Shown: positions 48,279 to 57,480 of the stretch, piece after piece
Layout of the letters: each line of letters opens with the position of its first letter
Numbering within the stretch: the stretch's first letter is position 1
The notes under the pieces: model-generated
What the model saw: only the letters and a program-made list of their open reading frames with translations
The model's database searches: none
What the model was told of the DNA's origin: nothing
Translations under genes and position numbers: made by a program
Virus record (IMG/VR): IMGVR_UViG_3300042514_001858
Span: 64,001 to 128,000 of that record
DNA: 64,000 nucleotides
From: a virus
Strand: one strand, 5' to 3'

Positions 48279-48889
48279 ATGCTTTAAATAATTTTTTCAA
48301 AAAAATCTATTGTATAAATTTGGATAGACGACCTGATCGTTGGGAACATGCTTCCAAACAATTTGAAAAATTTGGAATAAATGTTGAGAGATTTTCTGCA
48401 ATAGATCATGAACATTTGGATAACATACCTCCAAATATTAAGCGAGGAGCATACGGATGCACATTAAGTCATTGTGGAATAATTGAAAAGTGTAAAAACG
48501 ATAATGTTGAAAATGTTTTGATTTTTGAAGACGATGTTGTATTGGACGATGATATTTTAAACGTTTTTGAAAATAATATAAATCATATTCCGAGATGGGA
48601 TATGATTTATTTTGGAGGGTATCACATACATCGCCCAACGCACATAGAAAAAAATATCTACAAATTGCATTATAGCTATGCGTTGCATAGCTACGCATGT
48701 AATCACACCATGTATGATATTTTACTAAAACTCGAAAACCATATTTGTTTTGATGTTAGTGTAGCAGAAATCCATAATACGCATGATTGTTTTTTACTTA
48801 CCAAAGATGACGGTTCATCTTTGACAAAACAATATTTAAATTTTAGTGATATTGAAAATGGATATAAAGATTATACGAATATACTATGA
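48275..48889 (+). CDS. Glycosyltransferase family 25
   Basis: CINLDRRPDRW, GCTLSH, IFEDD, WDMIYFG. Confidence 0.9.
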   Translation: MNALNNFFKKIYCINLDRRPDRWEHASKQFEKFGINVERFSAIDHEHLDNIPPNIKRGAYGCTLSHCGIIEKCKNDNVENVLIFEDDVVLDDDILNVFENNINHIPRWDMIYFGGYHIHRPTHIEKNIYKLHYSYALHSYACNHTMYDILLKLENHICFDVSVAEIHNTHDCFLLTKDDGSSLTKQYLNFSDIENGYKDYTNIL

Positions 48890-49653
48890 AAGCACTTGTT
48901 GTATGTCCAACTTATGGAAGACTCCCTTATCTGGGGAGATTGTTAGCATCATTTTTACATCAAGACTATGATGACAAGCATTTGGTTATCATCAATGATG
49001 ATAAAAAAATCACATTGGAATGTGATTATGATAATGTCACTGTTATGAATTTGACCAAAAAGATATCGGTAGGGGAAAAAAGAAACTTGGGGGCAGCATA
49101 CGGACATTTTGATGTGATACATCCATGGGATGATGATGATATTTTCTTACCCAACCGTTTATCAAATCATATGAAACAATACGCCGATCCTTCTGTGGAA
49201 GCATACAGAAATTTTCCCTCATATACTATATATGCGGATAAATTTGCTTCGTGTAGTGGGGGGACGAACAATAAATCATATCGAAAAAAAATGTTTTTTG
49301 ATGTTGGAGGATATGGCAGCACTAATAATTTTCAAGAAGATGCGGAATTACATCACAAATTAAGAAATTTTAAAAAAGATGAAAATGAAAATGAACGCGA
49401 TTTTGTTTATGGATTTTCAACATCTAATTTTCATTTATCGTGTCAACCCACGGAATTACAAATACAAAAAATTTCATATGACCAATTAATAGAATTAAAT
49501 TTATTAAACAAAAAATTTATCATAACGCCTGACTTCGATGAATATAATAAATATCTACTGTTAGATGAAATTTTTAAAAAAAAGGGTGAAAGTATTGAGA
49601 TTGATGTCTTACCAAATGGTAAAATTAAAATACTAAATGTGGACAATGAATGA
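48886..49653 (+). CDS. Glycosyltransferase family 2
   Basis: CPTYGR, GEKRN, WDDDD. Confidence 0.85.
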   Translation: MKALVVCPTYGRLPYLGRLLASFLHQDYDDKHLVIINDDKKITLECDYDNVTVMNLTKKISVGEKRNLGAAYGHFDVIHPWDDDDIFLPNRLSNHMKQYADPSVEAYRNFPSYTIYADKFASCSGGTNNKSYRKKMFFDVGGYGSTNNFQEDAELHHKLRNFKKDENENERDFVYGFSTSNFHLSCQPTELQIQKISYDQLIELNLLNKKFIITPDFDEYNKYLLLDEIFKKKGESIEIDVLPNGKIKILNVDNE

Positions 49654-49690
49654 TTACGTATTCATGCATATTCCCAACGCAGGTAGAGGA

Positions 49691-50209
49691 TCAATCCTCC
49701 ATATAAAAAGATTCCAAAAATTGTGATATTCTTTTATTATATTCAATTGCTAAGTTCTTTCCCTGCTCTATTGAAATCCCGTTTCTTTTGTGTAGGGACG
49801 TGGCAATATCTTTAAGATTTCTATAACATACAACAAATTGAGGATTTGGTAGATGTTTATACCAAGCATCTATGGTCAATGATGTTCTAGGATCTTTAAA
49901 CCCCCAACTTTCCATATTTTTACTCTGTGCTGTTGCAACCTCATCAGCGACGATCCGTTTAATATGATCTTCATAATTTTTACCAATTTCAATTATTTTT
50001 TCTCTTGGTGGGGGATCAAACCAACTACCACCAGAATTGTGTAATATCTCATCATTTATTTTAATTATCTCAATGTTTTCATAATGACCCTTTGGATTGT
50101 CTACTAATCCGATCAACAATTTTTTTCCCATATGAACTTCAGAATTTAAAGTTCTGGCAACTAATGAGGTTGCTGATCTATGCATTCCCAATACGACTAT
50201 TGTTTTCAT
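49691..50209 (-). CDS. Sulfotransferase-family protein
   Basis: VLGMHRSATS; NPKGHYE; WGFKDPR. Confidence 0.85.
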   Translation of the reverse strand: MKTIVVLGMHRSATSLVARTLNSEVHMGKKLLIGLVDNPKGHYENIEIIKINDEILHNSGGSWFDPPPREKIIEIGKNYEDHIKRIVADEVATAQSKNMESWGFKDPRTSLTIDAWYKHLPNPQFVVCYRNLKDIATSLHKRNGISIEQGKNLAIEYNKRISQFLESFYMED

Positions 50210-50949
50210 ATTTTCAAATAATTTTCTAAAAGTTGTTTATAGTCGGTGTTCCATTTTGGCTTTAGTTCAATATCACCAATTGGAATTTTTCCCTCTTTTT
50301 TTAAATTATCAATGTGTTTCGAATGTCTAATAATTACATTTTCTCTATCTGGTGTATCCTTACTTTGACCCGACATATGATAACTTCTACCGCCCCATAA
50401 ATACATCCACGAAATTTCTTCATCTGGTGGGGAAGCATTTACCACTCTACAATTATATTCTCCTTTCAATTTAATAACAAATGACATATCATATCCCGCA
50501 TTTTCAAGAGGATGTTTACTCGATCTCTCCCATATCTCTTTAGTATAAATGATGCCAGAATTTCCCAGAGAAGTCAGAGCATGTATTTTATTATGATTAA
50601 CCAACGCACCTCTATTCCAATGAAGTAAATCGTAACTTGGAAAATATTTGTTTATATTACCTAAGTGATTCGATAATGCAATATCATCATCATCCCAAAC
50701 TGCTATTGTATTGTAGCTACAATTTTCTACCGCAAAATTTTCCTTAGCTCCAATTGTTTCAAATGTTTTATCGAAATTAATTATTTTAACTTTCGGGTGA
50801 TCGAAATATAATTTTTGTTCAGGATAGTCATTCACGATAACCATCTCACTATCACCATCATATTCTTGATTTAAAAAACTGTATAATGATTCTTCTAATA
50901 AATCAACTCGTCCGTATGTGATACATTTACATGAAATAGGAATTGCCAT
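50206..50949 (-). CDS. Glycosyltransferase family 2
   Basis: CITYGR, IVND, GAKEN, WDDDD; paralogous to 48886. Confidence 0.85.
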   Translation of the reverse strand: MAIPISCKCITYGRVDLLEESLYSFLNQEYDGDSEMVIVNDYPEQKLYFDHPKVKIINFDKTFETIGAKENFAVENCSYNTIAVWDDDDIALSNHLGNINKYFPSYDLLHWNRGALVNHNKIHALTSLGNSGIIYTKEIWERSSKHPLENAGYDMSFVIKLKGEYNCRVVNASPPDEEISWMYLWGGRSYHMSGQSKDTPDRENVIIRHSKHIDNLKKEGKIPIGDIELKPKWNTDYKQLLENYLKI

Positions 50950-51012
50950 ATTTGTTTATTTAATAATAAAAAAATATTCATTGACAAATAAATAATACCA
51001 ATAAATATATTT

Positions 51013-51438
51013 ATGTCCGTATCTATTGATGTTTTAGCCCCTCAAAAATCCCACATTGATCTCAGTGATAAAGCACTACCAAGTGATTTTGGTTTGGATG
51101 ATTATAGTCTATCCAAACTTTTTGATGATGTGATGCTTCTTGAATATTGTGATTTGGTCACAGGAGAAGAATCAGGTGATTATATTTTACGTGGAGGTAT
51201 TGCGATTCCTGTTGCTCAAGTTCATAATGCTTGGAGAAAAGGTAAAGTCATCCTTAAAGGACCAAACGTGCGATACACTGAAGTTGGTGATATCGTAGTG
51301 TTCCCCAATAATATGGGTATTCCAATCTCCAACTTGGAAGTAACAGGTCATGGTAAAGTGAAGAACGCTTTGTTCTTGAACGAGCAGCGCATGTTTGGCG
51401 TTTGTGATATAAATGCTAAAAAAATTAAAGAGAAATGA
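51013..51438 (+). CDS. GroES-like co-chaperonin
   Basis: RGGIAIP, GKVILKGP, VGDIVVFP, LNEQRMFG. Confidence 0.7.
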   Translation: MSVSIDVLAPQKSHIDLSDKALPSDFGLDDYSLSKLFDDVMLLEYCDLVTGEESGDYILRGGIAIPVAQVHNAWRKGKVILKGPNVRYTEVGDIVVFPNNMGIPISNLEVTGHGKVKNALFLNEQRMFGVCDINAKKIKEK

Positions 51439-51826
51439 GTTACAAACGTTATTGAAAAATAACATTTGTGATTTATTAATTGTTCGTAGACGACCTGAAC
51501 GCTCACCAGGACGACCTTATATTCGCCAGATGTTGTGTACGAACAGTATGGAGATTCTCAATTCCTATAATGGTAAAACAACTTTGAACTTTTCAGGTTC
51601 CTTTGAACCTAAAAAAGTCGATGAGCGTAAACATAATTTAGTAGTTACATGGGATATCTTCATGCAGGACTTTAGAAATGTCTCGATGGATATGTGCTAT
51701 CTCGTTCAAAAAATCCCAGCAGACGATAACTTTTGGAAGTTTTTCAATGAAAATATATTCCCCATGAGTCCAAACGAGAAATTGCGATACATGGACAATG
51801 AACTTAATCTCGACCCTTACCCATGA
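51413..51826 (+). CDS. Hypothetical protein (SH3/WYL-like pattern)
   Basis: RQMLCT...VVTWDIFMQDFRNV. Confidence 0.6.
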   Translation: MLKKLKRNELQTLLKNNICDLLIVRRRPERSPGRPYIRQMLCTNSMEILNSYNGKTTLNFSGSFEPKKVDERKHNLVVTWDIFMQDFRNVSMDMCYLVQKIPADDNFWKFFNENIFPMSPNEKLRYMDNELNLDPYP

Positions 51827-52152
51827 ATAGAATCGAAGAACATTTAAAAAAATTAATTTTCCGTGATGTGAAATTTGTATTGAATTCCCGAACAATCAAA
51901 GGGGGTAAAATACAAATGTTTAACACAAAACAAAATTTTGTAAGATTTAAAATTGAAGAAGATGGAGACATCAAAGAATGGGAAATCTCTTATCCTTATG
52001 ATATTAAAAAAATTGAAAATGGATTTATTTTTGATTATTCTCTGAGTGCATTCTGTCCTAGAACTGAAGAGGTTTATTGGAAGATGAAAGCAATTAACAA
52101 AACAGATATTTCTAAATTTTTCGATAATTATCTTTACGTCTTGACATCTTAA
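51823..52152 (+). CDS. Hypothetical protein
   Basis: ATGA coupling. Confidence 0.6.
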   Translation: MNRIEEHLKKLIFRDVKFVLNSRTIKGGKIQMFNTKQNFVRFKIEEDGDIKEWEISYPYDIKKIENGFIFDYSLSAFCPRTEEVYWKMKAINKTDISKFFDNYLYVLTS

Positions 52153-52213
52153 AATTGCGTGGTAGGATTTCCATAATAAATGTCCTTAGATGTTGAAATT
52201 GAAATCTTAAAAA

Positions 52214-53839
52214 ATGCGTAACTTAATATTAAACTTCCCAGAGGGATTCAATCCTCGTGATAAACAAGCAAAAGCTCTTAATGCCATTGAAAAAGCATTT
52301 GAGAATGGTAAAAAATTCGTAATTGTTCATGCAGACACAGGGGTAGGTAAGACACACTTAGCTAAAACCCTTGGGAATGTATCTAAAGATGTTCCTGTTG
52401 AATTTGAAAGAATAGTAAAGAATTATAGTATTTTTGCTGAAAATGGTGCAGAATTGATGAAAGATATTGATCCATTTGGGTGTTATTCTTTGACAATTAC
52501 TAAATCACTCCAAGATCAATACCAGAATACTTTCGATGATACAGGAGTTTTGAAAGGTAAGAGTAATTACCAGTGTGATGTGGATGATACCCTGTCAGTT
52601 GATATTGCGCCATGTATTTATGTGGCAAACCAAAAGAATGAGTGTTGGAAAGCTAATCGTTGTCCTTATTACAACTCTCGTAATAATATGCTAACGTCAA
52701 GGTTTTCCGCTTTGAATTACAGTATGTTTTTCTCTCTTCCCAACCACCTCAAGAAAAGACAGATTATTGTATGTGATGAGGGTTCAGAATTAGAAGAGCA
52801 GTTAGTTGGTCAATTTACATGTGTAGTGGATATCCCATTTCTTATGAAGACTCAAACACTCGTCACACCATTTCCCAATGATGATAACAACAAAACCAAA
52901 GTGTTGGCGTGGATTAGTAAGGTTACAGAGAGCGTAACAAATTCCTTAGATGAATACAAAAGTTGGTTTAGTGAGAATAGTAATAAAAAGGATATTATCA
53001 CTTTCAATAAAAAGAAACAGGAATATACCAAACTTACCAATCTTCAAAATTCCTTACAATTATTGATTGATACTTTCTACGATAGCGATTACATCGTAGA
53101 ACGATTGGAAAATGCTATCCGATTTATTCCTTTAAAAGTTGATGTTCTTTCAAAATATTTGTTTGATTATGCTGAAAAAGTAGTAATTCTTTCTGCGACA
53201 ATTATTGATCCCGATGCTTATTGCAAATCTCTTGGTATTAAAGATCATGAATATATCCACATTGGAACAGACTTTAATCCAGAGAAGTCACCGATTCATA
53301 TCATGGCAAAACAGAAATTAAATTTTCAAAATTTAAAATCTATGCTTCCAACTTTGATGAAACAGATCAAAGGTATCATGGAACATCATAAAGATGAAAA
53401 GGGTATCATTCATACTCACACTCAATATTTGGCAGATTATATTCGAGAAAATATAAAATCAGATCGTTTGCTTTGTAGGGAAGCAGGAGTGAATAATGAA
53501 CAGCTTTTGGAAACTCATGAATCGTCCAGTGAACCGACCATTTTGGTATCTCCTTCAATGACATATGGTGTGGACTTAAAAGGTGATTTGTCTCGCTTCC
53601 AAATCATTCTCAAAGCACCATGGCTACCGACAAAGGATGTTCGAGTAGAGAAGCTGATGAAAATTGATAAGGATTGGTATGGTAATGCTATGCTCAAGAC
53701 TCTGCTTCAGGCTTGTGGTCGTAGTGTTCGCGCCCATGATGACTGGTGTGAAACATATATACTTGACGGAAGCATTTTTGATGCTATTAATAGGAACAAG
53801 AAGAAGCTTCCCAAGTTCTTCCTAGACAGATTTAACTGA
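52214..53839 (+). CDS. DinG/XPD-like helicase
   Basis: PR..Q, TGVGKT, Fe-S-like Cys cluster, CDE, LSAT, GVD, QACGRSVR. Confidence 0.88.
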   Translation: MRNLILNFPEGFNPRDKQAKALNAIEKAFENGKKFVIVHADTGVGKTHLAKTLGNVSKDVPVEFERIVKNYSIFAENGAELMKDIDPFGCYSLTITKSLQDQYQNTFDDTGVLKGKSNYQCDVDDTLSVDIAPCIYVANQKNECWKANRCPYYNSRNNMLTSRFSALNYSMFFSLPNHLKKRQIIVCDEGSELEEQLVGQFTCVVDIPFLMKTQTLVTPFPNDDNNKTKVLAWISKVTESVTNSLDEYKSWFSENSNKKDIITFNKKKQEYTKLTNLQNSLQLLIDTFYDSDYIVERLENAIRFIPLKVDVLSKYLFDYAEKVVILSATIIDPDAYCKSLGIKDHEYIHIGTDFNPEKSPIHIMAKQKLNFQNLKSMLPTLMKQIKGIMEHHKDEKGIIHTHTQYLADYIRENIKSDRLLCREAGVNNEQLLETHESSSEPTILVSPSMTYGVDLKGDLSRFQIILKAPWLPTKDVRVEKLMKIDKDWYGNAMLKTLLQACGRSVRAHDDWCETYILDGSIFDAINRNKKKLPKFFLDRFN

Positions 53840-53840
53840 T

Positions 53841-54986
53841 ATGAGCAAATTAAAAGAAACAATCAAAAAAGCACTGGAGAAAACCTATTGGGTAAATTCA
53901 GTTGGTGAATTTAAGAACCCTTCCGACTACCCTCAAGAATTTGAACAGAAATTTGGTAATATTTCTCTGAATACGATTGTACTTGATGATTATCTAATAG
54001 ATGCTCGAAGACTCGATGATATTCATGATCTTTTCAAAAGATGGAAATTTGATGTAACTCATCAATATAAAATCAATGATTTCAAATCTGGATATTATTT
54101 TAATGAATTTTTATATTTGATGGTTCGTTGTAATTTCGGTTTACCTGAAAACAAAATTAATAAAGAAGATGATGATGATGATATAGAATTTATTTCTATG
54201 GAAAGTGGAGTCGTTTCCATATCGTTTTGCCCTCTTCTTAAAAATAAAAATGCCATTGAAAAATTGCTAGAGGAGTTAATCGACATGAATGTTCTTTTTA
54301 TTCCTGATTCGGAGAAGAACTTTTACATGATCGCTCAGAATGCTCAAGGTTTGTATAAACAAAAAACCACTTTCAATAATATTGAAATTAAAGACGGGAG
54401 GTATGATCTATATTATGGTAAAAAATGTCCTATTGATAAATTTAAACAATTTATGAGAGATGACAACACTGAAAGTCTTTTGCTTTTACATGGCGATCCT
54501 GGTGCTGGAAAATCTAATATGTTAAAGAATTTAATTTTAGAGACGGATGAAGATGTTATTTATGTTCCACCTTCTATGGTATCAGTGATTTCATCTCCTG
54601 ATTTTATTTCATTCATGATCAAAAACAAAAAAAACTTTTTGATTATCGAAGATGCCGAGGAAATTTTATCAGTTGATAGAAATTCTGGAACAAATAACCT
54701 ACTATCAATATGTGACGGATTTCTTAAAGATGCATTACAGATGAAAATTATATGCACTTTTAACTGCGATCTAAACAAGATCGATCCAGCTTTGTTGAGA
54801 AAAGGTCGATTATTTTTCGAATACAAATTTGGTGCGTTATCAAAAGAAGAGGTTCAAGATTTATCAAATTTTTGTAATTTAGGGTTGAAAGTTGATAAAG
54901 AAATGACGTTAGCAGAGATTTTCAACAGCGAAAAAGATGTGAGCATTGAAAATTCATTTGAAGAGAGACGGATCGGATTCTTTTAA
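53841..54986 (+). CDS. AAA+ ATPase (BCS1-like)
   Basis: LHGDPGAGKS, IIEDAE, IDPALLRKGR. Confidence 0.88.
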   Translation: MSKLKETIKKALEKTYWVNSVGEFKNPSDYPQEFEQKFGNISLNTIVLDDYLIDARRLDDIHDLFKRWKFDVTHQYKINDFKSGYYFNEFLYLMVRCNFGLPENKINKEDDDDDIEFISMESGVVSISFCPLLKNKNAIEKLLEELIDMNVLFIPDSEKNFYMIAQNAQGLYKQKTTFNNIEIKDGRYDLYYGKKCPIDKFKQFMRDDNTESLLLLHGDPGAGKSNMLKNLILETDEDVIYVPPSMVSVISSPDFISFMIKNKKNFLIIEDAEEILSVDRNSGTNNLLSICDGFLKDALQMKIICTFNCDLNKIDPALLRKGRLFFEYKFGALSKEEVQDLSNFCNLGLKVDKEMTLAEIFNSEKDVSIENSFEERRIGFF

Positions 54987-55706
54987 TAATTTATTTCTTT
55001 TTCGAGATTCCAACATTTTAATTCTTTGTTCCTCTGGCATTTTCTTTCCTTTATTAACATTCGGGATTCCTTTCCTCAACCCTGCCAATCTTTGACGTTC
55101 TTCTTCAGAAACTTTTTTGCCATAATTATTATGTTTTTCGCCACTTCTAGCTATCGACATATTTATTCTCGCTTCATCACTCATTTTAGTTCCTTTTTTT
55201 AATTCCGACATTCGTTTTTTACATTCTTCAGTATGTTTGAATCCTGTGAAAGATTTCACCCTATTTGATATTGCTTCGGGCGACATCTTCTTACCCATTC
55301 CACCCAAAGATATTTTTTTACGATGTTCTTCTGATAATTTCTTCCCTGTTCTAACTTTTGATAATTTTTGTTTGGTTTCATCCGAATGATTAAAACCTAT
55401 CATGCTCTGTCCTCTTTTTAATACATTATAACCATTTGGTTCCAGTGAATTAAATTTTATAATAAGTTGTTCTTCTAAATCGTGTAATCCTTTTTTATCA
55501 AAATCTGTGAGATAATAAATATCGATATCAAAATTTTCAATACCATATTTGTTTATAGCATTATGAATAATTTGTTTTCCTTTACTTCTATAACCACAAA
55601 CTCTCTGATACATATTAATACTTTCCCCAATATAATACTTCCCATTCACTTCATTGCGAATGATATAAACACCAGCCTTCTTTTCAAATTTATCAGTTAA
55701 TTTCAT
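54954..55706 (-). CDS. Free-standing GIY-YIG homing endonuclease with NUMOD3 repeats
   Basis: GVYII...YYIGES; PNGYN; repeated HSDETK/LSEEHR/HTEECK units. Confidence 0.9.
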   Translation of the reverse strand: MKLTDKFEKKAGVYIIRNEVNGKYYIGESINMYQRVCGYRSKGKQIIHNAINKYGIENFDIDIYYLTDFDKKGLHDLEEQLIIKFNSLEPNGYNVLKRGQSMIGFNHSDETKQKLSKVRTGKKLSEEHRKKISLGGMGKKMSPEAISNRVKSFTGFKHTEECKKRMSELKKGTKMSDEARINMSIARSGEKHNNYGKKVSEEERQRLAGLRKGIPNVNKGKKMPEEQRIKMLESRKRNKLLKESDPSLFK

Positions 55707-55836
55707 TCAACGTCTCCTCTAGTATTCTTTTGATATATTCGGTCATAGTCAGACCAGATTTCTTTGCAATCTTACGAATTTGCTCCTTCATTTCCAAAGT
55801 CACATAGAGTTCTATTTTTTTCTTTATTGTTTCCAT
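55693..55836 (-). CDS. Small ribbon-helix-helix-like protein, 47 aa (not in ORF track)
   Basis: METIKKKIELYVTLEMKEQIRKIAKKSGLTMTEYIKRILEETLNEIN*. Confidence 0.65.
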   Translation of the reverse strand: METIKKKIELYVTLEMKEQIRKIAKKSGLTMTEYIKRILEETLNEIN

Positions 55837-55923
55837 ATATCATTACTTAGTAAATTTTAATGATTTTTTCATGATTTTTACATAAAAAGTTTAATTAGGA
55901 ATTTTTAATTAAGTAATACTGTA

Positions 55924-57003
55924 ATGCGTGATTACAGTTATTTTTTTGAAAATTCCAATCTCCTCAATATGTTTGTGGCAGCATTTGACGATGCATTTGT
56001 GTATCGTTATGATGCAAAAACCAGACAATCGAAGGAGAAAATTGAAGTTCGGTATGTAAACGGACCTAAACACCGTGTCCTACATGATCTCACTGATCGA
56101 GCCAAGACACTGACATTGCCAGTAGTAACGATTGAGCAAACAAGTTTAGCTCGTGATCCTTCCAGAATTTCAAATAAAGATCAATTTCTGTATAGAAAAC
56201 AGTTGGATTCTACCAATAGACTTGCGAAAATTCCAACACCAATTCCAGTAAATCTCACTCTGGATGTGAATATCATCTGTTATTTCAAAGAAGATTTGGA
56301 TCAGATCATCCAGAATTTCGTCGTAAATTGTAATCCATATATCATTGTTTCTTGGCAATTTCCTGAAAAGTTCAACATGCCATTCATTGATGAGATTCGT
56401 TCAGAAATTCAATGGTCAGGTGATATTTCCTACGAAAATCCCAAAGATTTGTCACCTGATACAAAATGGAGAATTTCTGCATCTACATCATTCACGATCA
56501 AAGGTTGGTTGTTCAAAGATTATAACCAAACTCAAGCACCGATCTATGTGGTTAATGCAGATTTCCATGCTCTAGCTGTCAGTAATAGATTTTGTGATTA
56601 CAATCTCTTCGATGCTATCAGTGCAGAAGGTGTTCAAACAGAAAGCGTATCGATTAGTGCGTATCCAGAATTCACCAATTATTTCATCAATGGTATCCAT
56701 CAAGGAGATTCTTTGATTGTAACTGAGTTGAATGAAAGAAATTTCCAATTCTATGGGAAGCGATTCGGTTACAATAACACTTGGTATCTGTCTGGTGCAT
56801 ATAATATTCCTCAATTGGTTTACACTGAGATTGATACTGCCAAGTTCCCCACGATTTCCGCTTATCTATTACCAGAGAATGTGATCACAGTAGTGAATGA
56901 TAATATTGTCACAATATCCCTAAGTTCAAATTATTTTAGTAATTTGTCGGGAAACCATGTTTTTGTGACGGCAAATGACGCAGGGTGGGTAGCATCCTAT
57001 TAA
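55924..57003 (+). CDS. gp15: Tail terminator/sheath stabiliser with C-terminal extension
   Basis: FVAAFDD, IEVRYVNGPK, LPV, P.PVNL, DQIIQN, FTIKGWLF. Confidence 0.8.
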   Translation: MRDYSYFFENSNLLNMFVAAFDDAFVYRYDAKTRQSKEKIEVRYVNGPKHRVLHDLTDRAKTLTLPVVTIEQTSLARDPSRISNKDQFLYRKQLDSTNRLAKIPTPIPVNLTLDVNIICYFKEDLDQIIQNFVVNCNPYIIVSWQFPEKFNMPFIDEIRSEIQWSGDISYENPKDLSPDTKWRISASTSFTIKGWLFKDYNQTQAPIYVVNADFHALAVSNRFCDYNLFDAISAEGVQTESVSISAYPEFTNYFINGIHQGDSLIVTELNERNFQFYGKRFGYNNTWYLSGAYNIPQLVYTEIDTAKFPTISAYLLPENVITVVNDNIVTISLSSNYFSNLSGNHVFVTANDAGWVASY

Positions 57004-57029
57004 AAAAAACAATTTGACTAAATAATATC

Positions 57030-57437
57030 ATGACTACGAAAGATCAGATCGCAATTGCTAAATTGTATATGGAGGGAAATACTTGGGCTGGGTCTATCGC
57101 AGATGCCCATAATAAAAATATAACAAATTGGGGGTCTTTTTCAAGAGCCATACTGAAAAAATTTCCAGATTTTGAAGAAAAAAATGATAGATTCGGTAAC
57201 ACCGAACGAGAAATATTAGAATATTCAACTGGTAATTTATCATTGGAAATAAAATTTGAGAATGGGAAAGTAAGCGTTGAATTATATTTTGAGAATGAGC
57301 AAATGGCTAATAAATATAATCAATATAAATCATTTGATGATGATTTTGATTCAGCATATGAGTTTGTTTTACAAATGGCGAAAAAGATAAAAATATCCAG
57401 CCATGATTTTGATCAAGATATTTATGGGGACGATTGA
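57030..57437 (+). CDS. Late protein
   Basis: TAAATA-N5-ATG; AKLYME. Confidence 0.6.
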   Translation: MTTKDQIAIAKLYMEGNTWAGSIADAHNKNITNWGSFSRAILKKFPDFEEKNDRFGNTEREILEYSTGNLSLEIKFENGKVSVELYFENEQMANKYNQYKSFDDDFDSAYEFVLQMAKKIKISSHDFDQDIYGDD

Positions 57438-57480
57438 TCTATTTAATTGAATAATTGAAGATTCCCCCTAAATAATAAGT

